NCBI GenBank assembly: GCA_016235605.1
Contig: JACRJW010000023.1
Span: 1 to 55,861, forward strand
DNA: 55,861 nucleotides
From: Candidatus Uhrbacteria bacterium
GTDB lineage: Bacteria; Patescibacteriota; Patescibacteriia; UBA9934; GWF2-40-263
Direction: 5' to 3'
Shown here in pieces: positions 34,371 to 43,291 of the stretch. The number at the start of each line of letters is the position of its first letter. The stretch's first letter is position 1. The position numbers were made by a program, and so were the translations under genes. The notes beneath the pieces are model-generated. The model searched no databases, was not told the DNA's origin, and saw only the letters and a program-made list of their open reading frames with translations.

Positions 34371-35284
34371 AAGCGTTTTCGACGCACTATCCCCATCAGA
34401 ACAAACACCATCCCAAGCATCCCAAGGACATACAGCAGGGTGATGACCTTTGGACTCTCTACAAAGGGAAGCCATGAAGCATTCATCCCGTAAAAACCGG
34501 CAATGAGCGTGGGAACCATCAGCGCCGCAGAGAGAAAGGTGAGGATGGTGATGATCTGATTTGTCTTGTGGGAAATGAGCGCCTCATTCACGTCAAAAAG
34601 CCCATCGATGAGCAGTTTCAAATTATCCGTCGAGAGCCAGATCGTATCGAGGATGTCATGGAGATCATCAAAATACACGAGGATGTCTTCCGGAATAAAC
34701 GACCGTGTCGTATGCCGCAAACTCAAAAGCATACTGCGCTGGGGATCGACGAGATGGCGCAAGAACAACACATTACGCCGAGCATGTCCTAGGTCGACGG
34801 TGAGCCGTTTGTCATGGTTGTGTTCGATGGATTCTTCAAGACGATTCACCTCTTGCGTGAGCTTCCCAATAATATGAAGGGAGCCATGGAACAGGTGCGA
34901 AATGATTCGATACATGGCAAATGAGGTCCCCTTTCCCAGGACGACGGAACGGAATTTTGCGTTCTGGGACATCCGCTCAAAATACGCATCGAGTTCCTGA
35001 AAGGGTTTATAGGTCACGGTGACCAGATCTTCTGTTGAGAGAAAAACATAAACGGGTTCACCGTAGATATTTCCAGAGGTCTCATGGACACTCGGCACGT
35101 GGAACAGGAAAAAAATATAGTGCTTGTATGCGTCCATTTTTGAAATCGGTGATTCGTTTCTGATGTCTTCGTAATCGAGATGATGAAACTTAAATTTTTC
35201 CTGAAGCGCCTTCAGATCTTTTTCGGCAACGCCACTGACGTGATGCCAGTTGACGCCCTTGGCTTCGATGGTTTTTGTCCCCAT
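34367..35284 (-). CDS. corA: CorA-family magnesium/cobalt transporter
   Basis: 305 aa with a YGMN motif (GFYGMN) before the last TM helix. Confidence 0.9.
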   Translation of the reverse strand: MGTKTIEAKGVNWHHVSGVAEKDLKALQEKFKFHHLDYEDIRNESPISKMDAYKHYIFFLFHVPSVHETSGNIYGEPVYVFLSTEDLVTVTYKPFQELDAYFERMSQNAKFRSVVLGKGTSFAMYRIISHLFHGSLHIIGKLTQEVNRLEESIEHNHDKRLTVDLGHARRNVLFLRHLVDPQRSMLLSLRHTTRSFIPEDILVYFDDLHDILDTIWLSTDNLKLLIDGLFDVNEALISHKTNQIITILTFLSAALMVPTLIAGFYGMNASWLPFVESPKVITLLYVLGMLGMVFVLMGIVRRKRL

Positions 35285-35309
35285 ACCTAATGGGTATGCT
35301 CCCCCTTAT

Positions 35310-35440
35310 GAGACCTCTCTCAAAAGTCGATGAGATTGCGGTGCACGGGCTGTCGAGCCCCACGAAACGTAGGTTCTCTACGTAGAGTGGGGTCGACGGG
35401 CGCCCGTAAGCCGCAAGATCACGACTTTTGCAGAGGTCTC
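35310..35440 (+). repeat. Rod-like structured element, family 1, copy C (131 nt)
   Basis: A five-helix hairpin homologous to 29475-29600. It is flanked by TTAT on both sides, and its right arm supplies the last codons and the stop of the GT2 gene. Confidence 0.85.
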
Positions 35441-36135
35441 TTATGACCAAACGTATAGTGGAAATAGTTGTGCCTCACCGGACCCAAAATCGCCAAATGC
35501 ACTTCAGCCAGCAGATACTTGACGGCGATCGTCCATCGACCGTCTCGATCGAGTCGACGGATGGAAACCGGAATCTGTGTGGATCTCAAAAAACCAAATC
35601 GACCTACCGATCGAAACCGTCGTGCGTAATCGTGGTCTTCACAAAACACCACGCTCTCATCAAAGCCCCCAAGCTTGTCGTGCAAATCTTTCCGCACGAT
35701 CATACAAAACCCAGGTGCGTGCGGAAACAACGATCCACAGACATGGACATAGGCATTGTACGCCCTGTGCAAAAAATGATCGATGCGAGCGTGCGAGAGC
35801 GGGACGACATCGCACGTCGCAAGGTCAAATTTTCTCTCGAACATCTCTTTGACCGATTTCTCCAAAAACTCTGGGTCGAGAAGTTCGACGTCTGCATCTA
35901 AAAAAAGCATCAGGTCGGTCGTGGCATGGGCGGCGCCACGGTTGCGGGCAATGGCAACCGGTCCTCCCTCAACCACTTTTGCGCCGAACGACCTCGCGAT
36001 TTCTCGCGTGCGATCGGTTGACTGTGCATCAGCAACAATAATTTCAAACGGTTGAACCGTTTGGTGTTTGATGGACGATAGGAGTCGAGGAAGATACGCT
36101 TCCTCGTCCTTTGTTGGAATGACAATGGTCAACAT
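35419..36135 (-). CDS. Family 2 glycosyltransferase
   Basis: 238 aa with IVIPTKDEE, IIVADAQSTDRT and FLDADV (DxD). Confidence 0.85.
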   Translation of the reverse strand: MLTIVIPTKDEEAYLPRLLSSIKHQTVQPFEIIVADAQSTDRTREIARSFGAKVVEGGPVAIARNRGAAHATTDLMLFLDADVELLDPEFLEKSVKEMFERKFDLATCDVVPLSHARIDHFLHRAYNAYVHVCGSLFPHAPGFCMIVRKDLHDKLGGFDESVVFCEDHDYARRFRSVGRFGFLRSTQIPVSIRRLDRDGRWTIAVKYLLAEVHLAILGPVRHNYFHYTFGHKRPLQKS

Positions 36136-36194
36136 GGGGTTATCTTAACGGTTTTTTTGCACGAGGGCAAACAGTACGATAGAGTGCTGAGGCT

Positions 36195-37325
36195 ATGATG
36201 AGCTGTCCTCAAAAAGAGATCTGCGGATCGTGTTCCTGGTCACACATTCCCTATGACAAACAGTTGAAGGCAAAGCTGTCTGACATCAACGGATCGTTTG
36301 GTTTGAAAAAGCTCAACCTAAAATGCGATACGATCATCTCCTCACCTAAGACTTCGCACTATCGCAACCGAATGGATTTTGCGATCGATTGGGAAGGACG
36401 TGTCGGGCTGAAGGAAAAAGGCAAGTGGTGGAAAGTGATCGACGGCCACGCGTGTTTTCTCGCGGACGAGCGAATCGACGAACTATTTGTCGCTGTCAGG
36501 TCCTGGGCCCAAACGTGTGGTCTCAGTTTCTTCGATCGCAAAGCACACACAGGACTGTTGCGCTATGCGGTGATTCGGTGTACCTCACTGGTCGAAACCA
36601 TGATTACGATAGTCACGAGTGTTCCAAAGTCGACAGAGGCTGCAGATAAGGTCCGATCGAATCTTCTGTGCATCCTCGATACGGCACGACCAACGACCCT
36701 TATGTGGGCGCAGAATTCGACGATCACGGGCGTGAGCTACGGTGACAGACTTGAGACGCTCGCCGGTCCAGGCTTTATCGAGGAAGGAATCAACGGTTTC
36801 CGCTACCGCGTGAGTCCCCAGGCCTTCTTCCAAACAAATTCTTACGCCGCGCCCACCTTGCAAAAAACCGTCCAAGAATTCTGTGGCGACCTCACGAACA
36901 AAACTCTTCTCGATCTTTACTGCGGGACGGGCTTCTTCTCCGTCGCTCTTGCCAATCAGGCAGCTCGCACGATCGGAGTCGAGATGGTTCCAGAAGCCAT
37001 TGTTGACGCCAGAATAAACGCATCTTTGAACGCTTCACGATCCACGTTCTACGATGCACGAACCGAGGAATTCGACTGGGCGGCCTTTGGCGCCGACGTC
37101 GTCATCCTTGACCCGCCTAGAGTTGGGATGCATGATGGTACCCTGCAAGACATTCTTGCTACCAAACCACCCGTGATTGTCTACGTTTCCTGCAATCCCA
37201 AAAACTTTGCTCGCGAGATGGTTCTCCTGCAAAATACCTATCGTGTTGAACAGATGCGTGCCATCGACATGTTCCCTCACACGCCGCATGTGGAGCTTGT
37301 TTCAAAGCTGATAGTTCGTAGGTAG
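36195..37325 (+). CDS. RumA/TrmA-family RNA (uracil-5)-methyltransferase
   Basis: 376 aa with SAM motif DLYCGTGFFS, VILDPPRVGM and the catalytic YVSCNP. Confidence 0.8.
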   Translation: MMSCPQKEICGSCSWSHIPYDKQLKAKLSDINGSFGLKKLNLKCDTIISSPKTSHYRNRMDFAIDWEGRVGLKEKGKWWKVIDGHACFLADERIDELFVAVRSWAQTCGLSFFDRKAHTGLLRYAVIRCTSLVETMITIVTSVPKSTEAADKVRSNLLCILDTARPTTLMWAQNSTITGVSYGDRLETLAGPGFIEEGINGFRYRVSPQAFFQTNSYAAPTLQKTVQEFCGDLTNKTLLDLYCGTGFFSVALANQAARTIGVEMVPEAIVDARINASLNASRSTFYDARTEEFDWAAFGADVVILDPPRVGMHDGTLQDILATKPPVIVYVSCNPKNFAREMVLLQNTYRVEQMRAIDMFPHTPHVELVSKLIVRR

Positions 37326-37382
37326 TAGGTTATAGGGGAAAAACTACTACCTAAAACCTACCACCTACAACCTTCCACCCCT
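37320..37382 (+). other. Hairpin over the methyltransferase stop, followed by a 44-nt G-free leader with a CCTACAACC motif before era
   Basis: 9-bp stem aggtagtag/ctactacct. Positions 37339-37382 contain no G (hand-checked) and include acctaccacctacaacc. Confidence 0.7.
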
Positions 37383-38234
37383 ATGCCCAAATCCGGTTTC
37401 GTTGTCATGATCGGGAGATCCAATGTCGGGAAGTCGACGCTTCTCAATGCTTTAGTTGGATCCAAGATCGCGATCACCACTCCCAAACCGCAAACCACCC
37501 GCCTCCCCATCCAAGGCATCGTCACACGCGACGAAGGCCAGATCGTCTTTATCGACACGCCAGGAGTATTGAAGGGCGCACGCGACATGCTTTCCAAAAA
37601 ACTCGGACAGATGGTGCGCGCCTCCCTCTGTCATGTGGACGTCATTGCCTACGTCGTGGATCCATCGCGCGAGATCGGCGACGAAGAACGCGAAGTCATG
37701 CGACTCATTGAATCCATCGACAAGCCAAAAATTCTTGTCATCAACAAAATGGATCTGGACAAAAAACCCTTTCTTGATTTTTACAAGGACCTTGCTGCAT
37801 ATTTTACCAGCGTGATCGAAGTCTCCGCACTGCGCGGGACACAGGTAGGACAATTGATCCAGGAGATCTTCACTCATCTGCCTGAGGGGGAGGCGTACTA
37901 CCCCGAGGACCAACTCACCAACGTGCCAAACAAATTTTGGCTCGCAGAACTCATCCGTGAAAAACTCTTTTTGCGCCTGCGTCAAGAAGTCCCATACACG
38001 ACCCACGTCGAGGTCGAAGATGTTGATGAACGCGAGAACGGCGTGATCTACATCAAGGCGACAATCTTTACGACCGAGGAACGCTACAAACGGATGATCA
38101 TCGGCGCCAAGGGGCAAGGCATCAAAGAAATCGGCCAAAGCGTCCGCCACGAACTCGAACTCGCCATGGACGCCAAAGTCTTTCTCGATCTCACGGTAGA
38201 CGTGGATCCACACTGGATGCAGCGATACGAATAA
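37383..38234 (+). CDS. era: GTPase Era
   Basis: 283 aa with G1 GRSNVGKST, G3 DTPG, G4 NKMD and a C-terminal KH domain. Confidence 0.93.
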   Translation: MPKSGFVVMIGRSNVGKSTLLNALVGSKIAITTPKPQTTRLPIQGIVTRDEGQIVFIDTPGVLKGARDMLSKKLGQMVRASLCHVDVIAYVVDPSREIGDEEREVMRLIESIDKPKILVINKMDLDKKPFLDFYKDLAAYFTSVIEVSALRGTQVGQLIQEIFTHLPEGEAYYPEDQLTNVPNKFWLAELIREKLFLRLRQEVPYTTHVEVEDVDERENGVIYIKATIFTTEERYKRMIIGAKGQGIKEIGQSVRHELELAMDAKVFLDLTVDVDPHWMQRYE

Positions 38235-38236
38235 AA

Positions 38237-38259
38237 CAAAACGGGCTAGCTGCCCGTTT
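38237..38259. terminator. Bidirectional terminator hairpin between convergent genes
   Basis: aaaacgggc-tagct-gcccgtttt, with A/T runs on both sides. It overlaps the stop codon of the minus-strand gene. Confidence 0.7.
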
Positions 38260-39190
38260 TCAAATTGATCTGTGAAACCTCGTAGCCACCAAACCCTTCA
38301 ATGAAGCCGCTTGGACTGAGCACTTCCAGATTCCCTTGCGAGAGCGGTGTGAGGCGGAGTTCCAGGATGAGGGGATTCTCAGGATTGGCGAGGATGGTGT
38401 AGGTGGCAAACACGTTTTTCGCTTCGATCGTTTGGACCGTGGTGCGCGTGCCGTCCACAAGCAGCGTGTACTCTCCCCAATCTGCTTTTGCCTGCACCGT
38501 GAGAAGATCATCTGCCTGAGTCTGTGCAGGCGTCCCAGTCGCATTCCCAGGCCAGAGGCTCTTGATTCTGTCTAGATACGACGTAAGTTGGTCTGTGACC
38601 TCTTGGACCTGCAGGATGGACTCGTCGAATAATCCCAGAGAGAGTTTCGTCCTGCGCGTTGACACAAGCTCGTCATAGTGCGCTTTTGAAATCCAGATGA
38701 GCGACGTATCACTTACTCCCCCATCACCTTCGCTCCACAACTCCGGGAGCTCGAGCATCGTGGCACCTGCAAGAGACGCACTGCCCAGACTCCCGCTCTT
38801 GATTGTGTCCTCGTAGATTGGCTCAGGAGCGTCAGGGACATCCTCACCGATCGCCGTTTCGCCATACTGTGCCGCATACGCTTCGCGCGCCGCAACGGAC
38901 GCAGCCGTTTCTGTTTGGGTGGTGATACTCCAGCTGAGGTCCACCGATATTCCTGGCGTCCACTGGGTGATCTTGATCGTCCGTTCATCTGCCTCACCAC
39001 CAAGCAGGTCAACAATTTTCCCTCCGATTCCCAGTACGGTCGGGCGAAGGACAATCTCGTTGTCGATCGCAAGACCAAGGGAAGCCGAGGCTTCTTCAGG
39101 TGTGAGATCCGAAACAGGCGTGGAGTCACAACCAAACCCAAGAAGCATGAGCGCCAAGATCACCGACCATGTCCTTGGTTGCCTGTTCAT
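38246..39190 (-). CDS. Lipoprotein, unknown function
   Basis: Start set at MNRQPRTWSVILALMLLGFGC (lipobox LGFGC), which gives an ATGA overlap with the upstream thioredoxin-fold gene. Confidence 0.6.
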   Translation of the reverse strand: MNRQPRTWSVILALMLLGFGCDSTPVSDLTPEEASASLGLAIDNEIVLRPTVLGIGGKIVDLLGGEADERTIKITQWTPGISVDLSWSITTQTETAASVAAREAYAAQYGETAIGEDVPDAPEPIYEDTIKSGSLGSASLAGATMLELPELWSEGDGGVSDTSLIWISKAHYDELVSTRRTKLSLGLFDESILQVQEVTDQLTSYLDRIKSLWPGNATGTPAQTQADDLLTVQAKADWGEYTLLVDGTRTTVQTIEAKNVFATYTILANPENPLILELRLTPLSQGNLEVLSPSGFIEGFGGYEVSQINLKTGS

Positions 39191-39444
39191 ACTTTTCCAG
39201 CGGCCCAATCACGGACACGGTCCTCATCCGTGGCTCCACAAATAAACTGGCCGGATTCATCATTCCAAAAGAATGGCACCCCCCCGCACTTGCCGCTATC
39301 GGCTTTCTCTTGGAGTTTGGCATTCTCTTTGTTATGCCACGTCTCGCGTTTTTCGATCGTGATTCCCTCCTTGATCAACTTGTCCACAATCGGCATCATG
39401 TGATGGCAGTGCGGACATTCTTCACCGTAGTAGAAGTACAGCAT
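39187..39444 (-). CDS. Glutaredoxin/thioredoxin-fold protein (CPHC)
   Basis: Internal start MLYFYYGEECPHCHHM gives an 85-aa protein. It is preceded by the G-free CCTACAACC leader. Confidence 0.7.
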   Translation of the reverse strand: MLYFYYGEECPHCHHMMPIVDKLIKEGITIEKRETWHNKENAKLQEKADSGKCGGVPFFWNDESGQFICGATDEDRVRDWAAGKV

Positions 39445-39489
39445 AGAGAAAGGTCGTAGGTTGTAGGTGTTAGGTGATAGAATCTTAGC

Positions 39490-40092
39490 ATGTCGATTCG
39501 TGTTCTGACAGTCGTGGTCTTTCTGGGGGTCATGGGGTTGCTCGCGCTCCAGCGGTTTTCTGGTACGCCTGAGTTGACCGTCGTGGTCGCGGCTGTCAGC
39601 GAAGAAAGTAACTTCCACACGGGTGAAGAGCTGCGACGCGGGGAGGTCGTATCGACTCCGAGTGGTTTTCTGGAACTTTTGATCGGAAACGACACGCATG
39701 TTTATCTTGCGGCACAGACACAGATCGAACTTCACCGAATTTTCGAGGATGAGATTATCGTGAAACTGAAAAAAGGTCGCATCGTTGTCTCAACAGAATC
39801 TGAAACGCCCGTGCGGATCATAACCAACCAAACAGAATCACTCATCCACAAAAGCGCCGCCTCGTTTGTGAACTACGACTTTTTACAAACCGTCCACGTG
39901 ATTCCCCTTTCCGGCTCTGTCCAGCTGACGCTCGGCGACGAGTATCTACTGACACCTGTTCCCATTTCGATCACAGAAACCGATCCCGTGAGCTACGCAA
40001 CACTCGAGGTAAATCTGGAAGCTGGCGACAGTAAAACGTTCTACGAATGGACCGGGGTATTATCCACAGACGTACTTGACTTTAGTCGATGA
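39490..40092 (+). CDS. Membrane-anchored protein with a FecR-like beta domain
   Basis: 200 aa with an N-terminal TM helix. The weak FecR-like pattern is a low-specificity call. Confidence 0.4.
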   Translation: MSIRVLTVVVFLGVMGLLALQRFSGTPELTVVVAAVSEESNFHTGEELRRGEVVSTPSGFLELLIGNDTHVYLAAQTQIELHRIFEDEIIVKLKKGRIVVSTESETPVRIITNQTESLIHKSAASFVNYDFLQTVHVIPLSGSVQLTLGDEYLLTPVPISITETDPVSYATLEVNLEAGDSKTFYEWTGVLSTDVLDFSR

Positions 40093-41143
40093 TGCCGCCG
40101 CCAAGGACGGTTTCGCCGTCGTAAAAAACGATGGACTGACCTGGCGTGACGGCGCGCTGAGGTTCCTTAAATTGGACCGATAGGACATCTTCGTCCAATG
40201 AACTGATTGTGCAAAATTGCAAAGGTTGCCTATACCGAATTCTTGCCAGACACGTGCGTGGCGATTCTATTTTTTCAAACCAGTTGAGTTGCGACGCGGT
40301 CAGTTCTGACTTGAACAGCGCTGGATGAAAATTACTCGAGACGACCAACTCTTTTGTCTGTGGCCGTTTCTCAACAACGTAATACGGCTCTCCACCGCCG
40401 ATTTTGAGTCCCTGCCTTTGACCGATCGTGTAAAACGCCAGGCCTTCGTGTGTACCGATTACCCTTCTGTCTGTTGTGACGACATCGCCAGGGTCCTGTG
40501 GAATCCGCTGCTGAAGGAACTCCCGCATCTCCACTTCACCGACAAAACAAATTCCTGTGGAATCTTTTTTGTCTGCGACAGAGAGTCCAGCCCGTCGAGC
40601 GCGCTCCCGAACCTGTGGCTTTGTCATCTCACCGATCGGAAACAAGATACGGGACAACATCTCTGGCTTCATCGCCCAGAGGAAGTAGGACTGGTCTTTG
40701 TTCTTGTCGAGTCCGGCGAGCAGATGACCATCTTGCACTCGAGCATAGTGGCCTGTCGCGACGAAGTCACACCCGAGCCGATCCGCTTCCCGAACAAAAC
40801 GATCGAACTTGATGAACTTATTGCACAGGACGTCAGGATTTGGCGTGCGACCCGCCGCGAACTCGTCAAACATATTCTCCACAACCTTTGCCCGATACTC
40901 GTCCTCGAAATCAAACGTCACAAACGGAATGCCGAGCTTGGCCGCCACTCGCGCCGCATCGCGCCGTTCCGCCTTCCATCCGCATTCTTCAAACTCATCA
41001 TCGTCCGTGCGGCGACACACCGATCCTGACCAGTTTTTCATGAACGCGCCGATCACCTCGTATCCCGCCTCCAATAACAAAACCGCGGACACGGACGAGT
41101 CCACGCCTCCGGACATGCCGAGGAGAACTTTTTCCTTTGCCAT
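40082..41143 (-). CDS. mnmA: tRNA 2-thiouridylase MnmA
   Basis: PP-loop GMSGGVDSS. Start set at MAKEKVLLGMSGG; the ORF track begins at GTG 41155. Confidence 0.9.
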   Translation of the reverse strand: MAKEKVLLGMSGGVDSSVSAVLLLEAGYEVIGAFMKNWSGSVCRRTDDDEFEECGWKAERRDAARVAAKLGIPFVTFDFEDEYRAKVVENMFDEFAAGRTPNPDVLCNKFIKFDRFVREADRLGCDFVATGHYARVQDGHLLAGLDKNKDQSYFLWAMKPEMLSRILFPIGEMTKPQVRERARRAGLSVADKKDSTGICFVGEVEMREFLQQRIPQDPGDVVTTDRRVIGTHEGLAFYTIGQRQGLKIGGGEPYYVVEKRPQTKELVVSSNFHPALFKSELTASQLNWFEKIESPRTCLARIRYRQPLQFCTISSLDEDVLSVQFKEPQRAVTPGQSIVFYDGETVLGGGIID

Positions 41144-41151
41144 ACGAATCA

Positions 41152-41250
41152 ACACGTGAGTGGCACGGCGTCTGGTTCCGGCCGGCTAGCGCAGTCGAGC
41201 TCAGCTCGACGAGCACCGACGGAGCCTGCGCCGTGACGAGGCTCACGTGT
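41152..41250 (-). repeat. Rod-like palindromic intergenic element, family 2, copy B
   Basis: Its reverse complement aligns with 20088-20183. It carries an extra internal hairpin, gtcgagc-tga-gctcgac. The outer stem acacgtgag/ctcacgtgt overlaps the HD gene stop. Confidence 0.8.
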
Positions 41251-42553
41251 GAACCGTTCCTAAGATTCTCTGAAATTTTTCAACATCTTCTCTCTGAACA
41301 AACACATCCACGAACCTCAGCTTCTCGTTGTACTTCATGAGAAGATCCGAATATTCCATCATCGGCACGATGCGCGAACCACCCAAAATCTTTTTCTCGA
41401 CAAACAAATCGTGGGACGCATCCGATCCAAGACTGGTGAGCTCCTTGCCGGCGCGATGGGTGAACCAGTGGATGTTGTTGCTCTCGCACAGCAGACGAAT
41501 TTTTTCAAGCGTCTCTTGGTCCTCACGCACGCCCTCCTGCAGACGTAAAATCCGTAGGGCAGGAATGCGAGAAAGGATATGCCGCGACCAATAATTTTTT
41601 TCCTCCTTTGCTGCGGCAAACAGTTGCTCGATCACGGCGCCGTCATGCAGTGCTGCGTAGGCATGAGGATCGGTGGGGATCGTGAGGGGCACTTCGCGCG
41701 AAGCGATCGCCTGTTCAAGATAGTGGATGAAACCAGCCTTTGTTTTGTGAAAGTAGACTTGATCGAACATGTGATAGCGGGCGAGAAGAAACGCCTCAAA
41801 CGCCCGCACACCGTTTTCTGCCAGAGTCAAAACGAATCGACCGTCATGCTCCTGCGCGCTCATGCTGGAGACCAGCCAATCGAGATCAAACGCCCCATAC
41901 GCCACGCCGCAAAAGTAACTGTCACGCAAAAGATAATCCATGCGGTCTGCATCCGCTTCGCCAGAAATCAACTGACGTAGCAGGGCGTGCAATGATGGGA
42001 CACGCTGTTCGATTTCGCTCATCCAAGATGATGGAGTGACGCCGGCATGGATGAGTGAACCAATGTCTTGCGCCAGGACAGAATCAATCGCTCCGTCTTT
42101 TGCCATCGTCTGGAGCAGCAGAACGCTGTAATCTTCGTGATGCGCCTGCCTGTTTTCTTTGTCGTGCCACCACGTCCAATCCATGGGCAGTGCCTCACGC
42201 ATCGGAAAAATACTCTCACACTCGTGCGAAAACGGGCCGTGGCCAATGTCGTGCAGAAGCCCGGCAAGCCGTATGCGTGAGCGCAGGCCGTCTATCTCCT
42301 CCATCGCCAACCTTTCAACCATCGCAGGCGTTCCCTCAACGACTTTTCCAAAGAGTCGCCCAGCCACGTGCATTGCGCCAAGGCCATGCATAAACCGCGT
42401 GTGGACGGCGCCGGGATAGACGTAGGTTTGTAAAAAAGAAAGTTGGGAAATAAAACGCAGCCGTTGAAAAAACGGATGGTCGATAATCTTCCGCTCGAAT
42501 TCATCAAACGCAATACGTTTATGAATCGGATCTCGAATCTCGTAGGGCTGCAT
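41243..42553 (-). CDS. HD-domain dNTP triphosphohydrolase-like protein
   Basis: 436 aa with HTRFMHGLG and AGLLHDIGHGPFSH, typical of the dGTPase/SAMHD1-type HD family. Confidence 0.75.
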   Translation of the reverse strand: MQPYEIRDPIHKRIAFDEFERKIIDHPFFQRLRFISQLSFLQTYVYPGAVHTRFMHGLGAMHVAGRLFGKVVEGTPAMVERLAMEEIDGLRSRIRLAGLLHDIGHGPFSHECESIFPMREALPMDWTWWHDKENRQAHHEDYSVLLLQTMAKDGAIDSVLAQDIGSLIHAGVTPSSWMSEIEQRVPSLHALLRQLISGEADADRMDYLLRDSYFCGVAYGAFDLDWLVSSMSAQEHDGRFVLTLAENGVRAFEAFLLARYHMFDQVYFHKTKAGFIHYLEQAIASREVPLTIPTDPHAYAALHDGAVIEQLFAAAKEEKNYWSRHILSRIPALRILRLQEGVREDQETLEKIRLLCESNNIHWFTHRAGKELTSLGSDASHDLFVEKKILGGSRIVPMMEYSDLLMKYNEKLRFVDVFVQREDVEKFQRILGTVHT

Positions 42554-42582
42554 AGAACCCTATCCTAGTACGGCTTACGACT

Positions 42583-43290
42583 TCATGGCAAACGCTCGAT
42601 GAGATCTTTCAAAAGACTCGGATCAGCATCAATCATGTCTGTTCCATGTCCAATCCCTGAGCGTTCAATCAAGGTTGTGAATGTCGGGTTGAGTTCGTGG
42701 AGCTTCAGGATCGACTTGTAGGATTCGCGGTCCTCATCGCTGGCAACCAAGATCACCTTCTGTGACGGTTGAAGTTTCGTGACCAACTCATCCGTCTTGA
42801 TCCCGCGATAATCAAGTCCAGGAGAGAGCGCGAGAGCGATGGGAAGTTCTGGGTGGCGCGTGAGTTCCTCGATCGCAAGGTTCGCTCCGATCGAGGCGCC
42901 GACGACCACAATGTTCTCTTTGGAAAATCCCTCCCCTTCCAGATAGGCAAGAGCCGCCTCTACATCCAAAATCTTTGCCTGCTGCTGTTCATCCGTAAAA
43001 TTTTTGTAGTTGAGCGTCCCGTTCATCGTACTCTCTCCGTGCCCGCGCTCATCAATGGCAAGCGAGGCGTAACCAATCCCATTGAGTGCCTTGGCAAATG
43101 ATGACCAACTGGTCCTGTCCGCCGGCATCATGTGCAACAGGATCGCCGCTTTCTGGTCATTGTTGCGAACAAAACTCCCGACGATTTCCACGCCGTCGGT
43201 CGTTGTCATGGTCACGCGATCTGGCATAGGAGTTTGAGCAGGCGTGCATCCCAAGCCAACAAGCATGAGGGCAAGGATGAGTCTGTGCAT
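42583..43290 (-). CDS. Alpha/beta hydrolase lipoprotein
   Basis: Start set at MHRLILALMLVGLGC (lipobox). Nucleophile elbow GASIG. The ORF-track start would overlap the upstream gene. Confidence 0.65.
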   Translation of the reverse strand: MHRLILALMLVGLGCTPAQTPMPDRVTMTTTDGVEIVGSFVRNNDQKAAILLHMMPADRTSWSSFAKALNGIGYASLAIDERGHGESTMNGTLNYKNFTDEQQQAKILDVEAALAYLEGEGFSKENIVVVGASIGANLAIEELTRHPELPIALALSPGLDYRGIKTDELVTKLQPSQKVILVASDEDRESYKSILKLHELNPTFTTLIERSGIGHGTDMIDADPSLLKDLIERLP

Positions 43291-43291
43291 A

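Noticed and set aside
35322-35372. Hammerhead-like strings occur in family-1 copy C (CGATGAG ... CGAAAC).
   Set aside because: The core lacks the U of CUGAUGA. The GAAA box is CGAGAC in copy D, so the catalytic nucleotides are not conserved between the two copies.
35285-35440. A Mg2+ riboswitch (M-box) could be expected upstream of corA.
   Set aside because: The fold is a single rod, not the three-helix M-box architecture. The same element occurs after alaS, unrelated to Mg transport, and in the opposite orientation.
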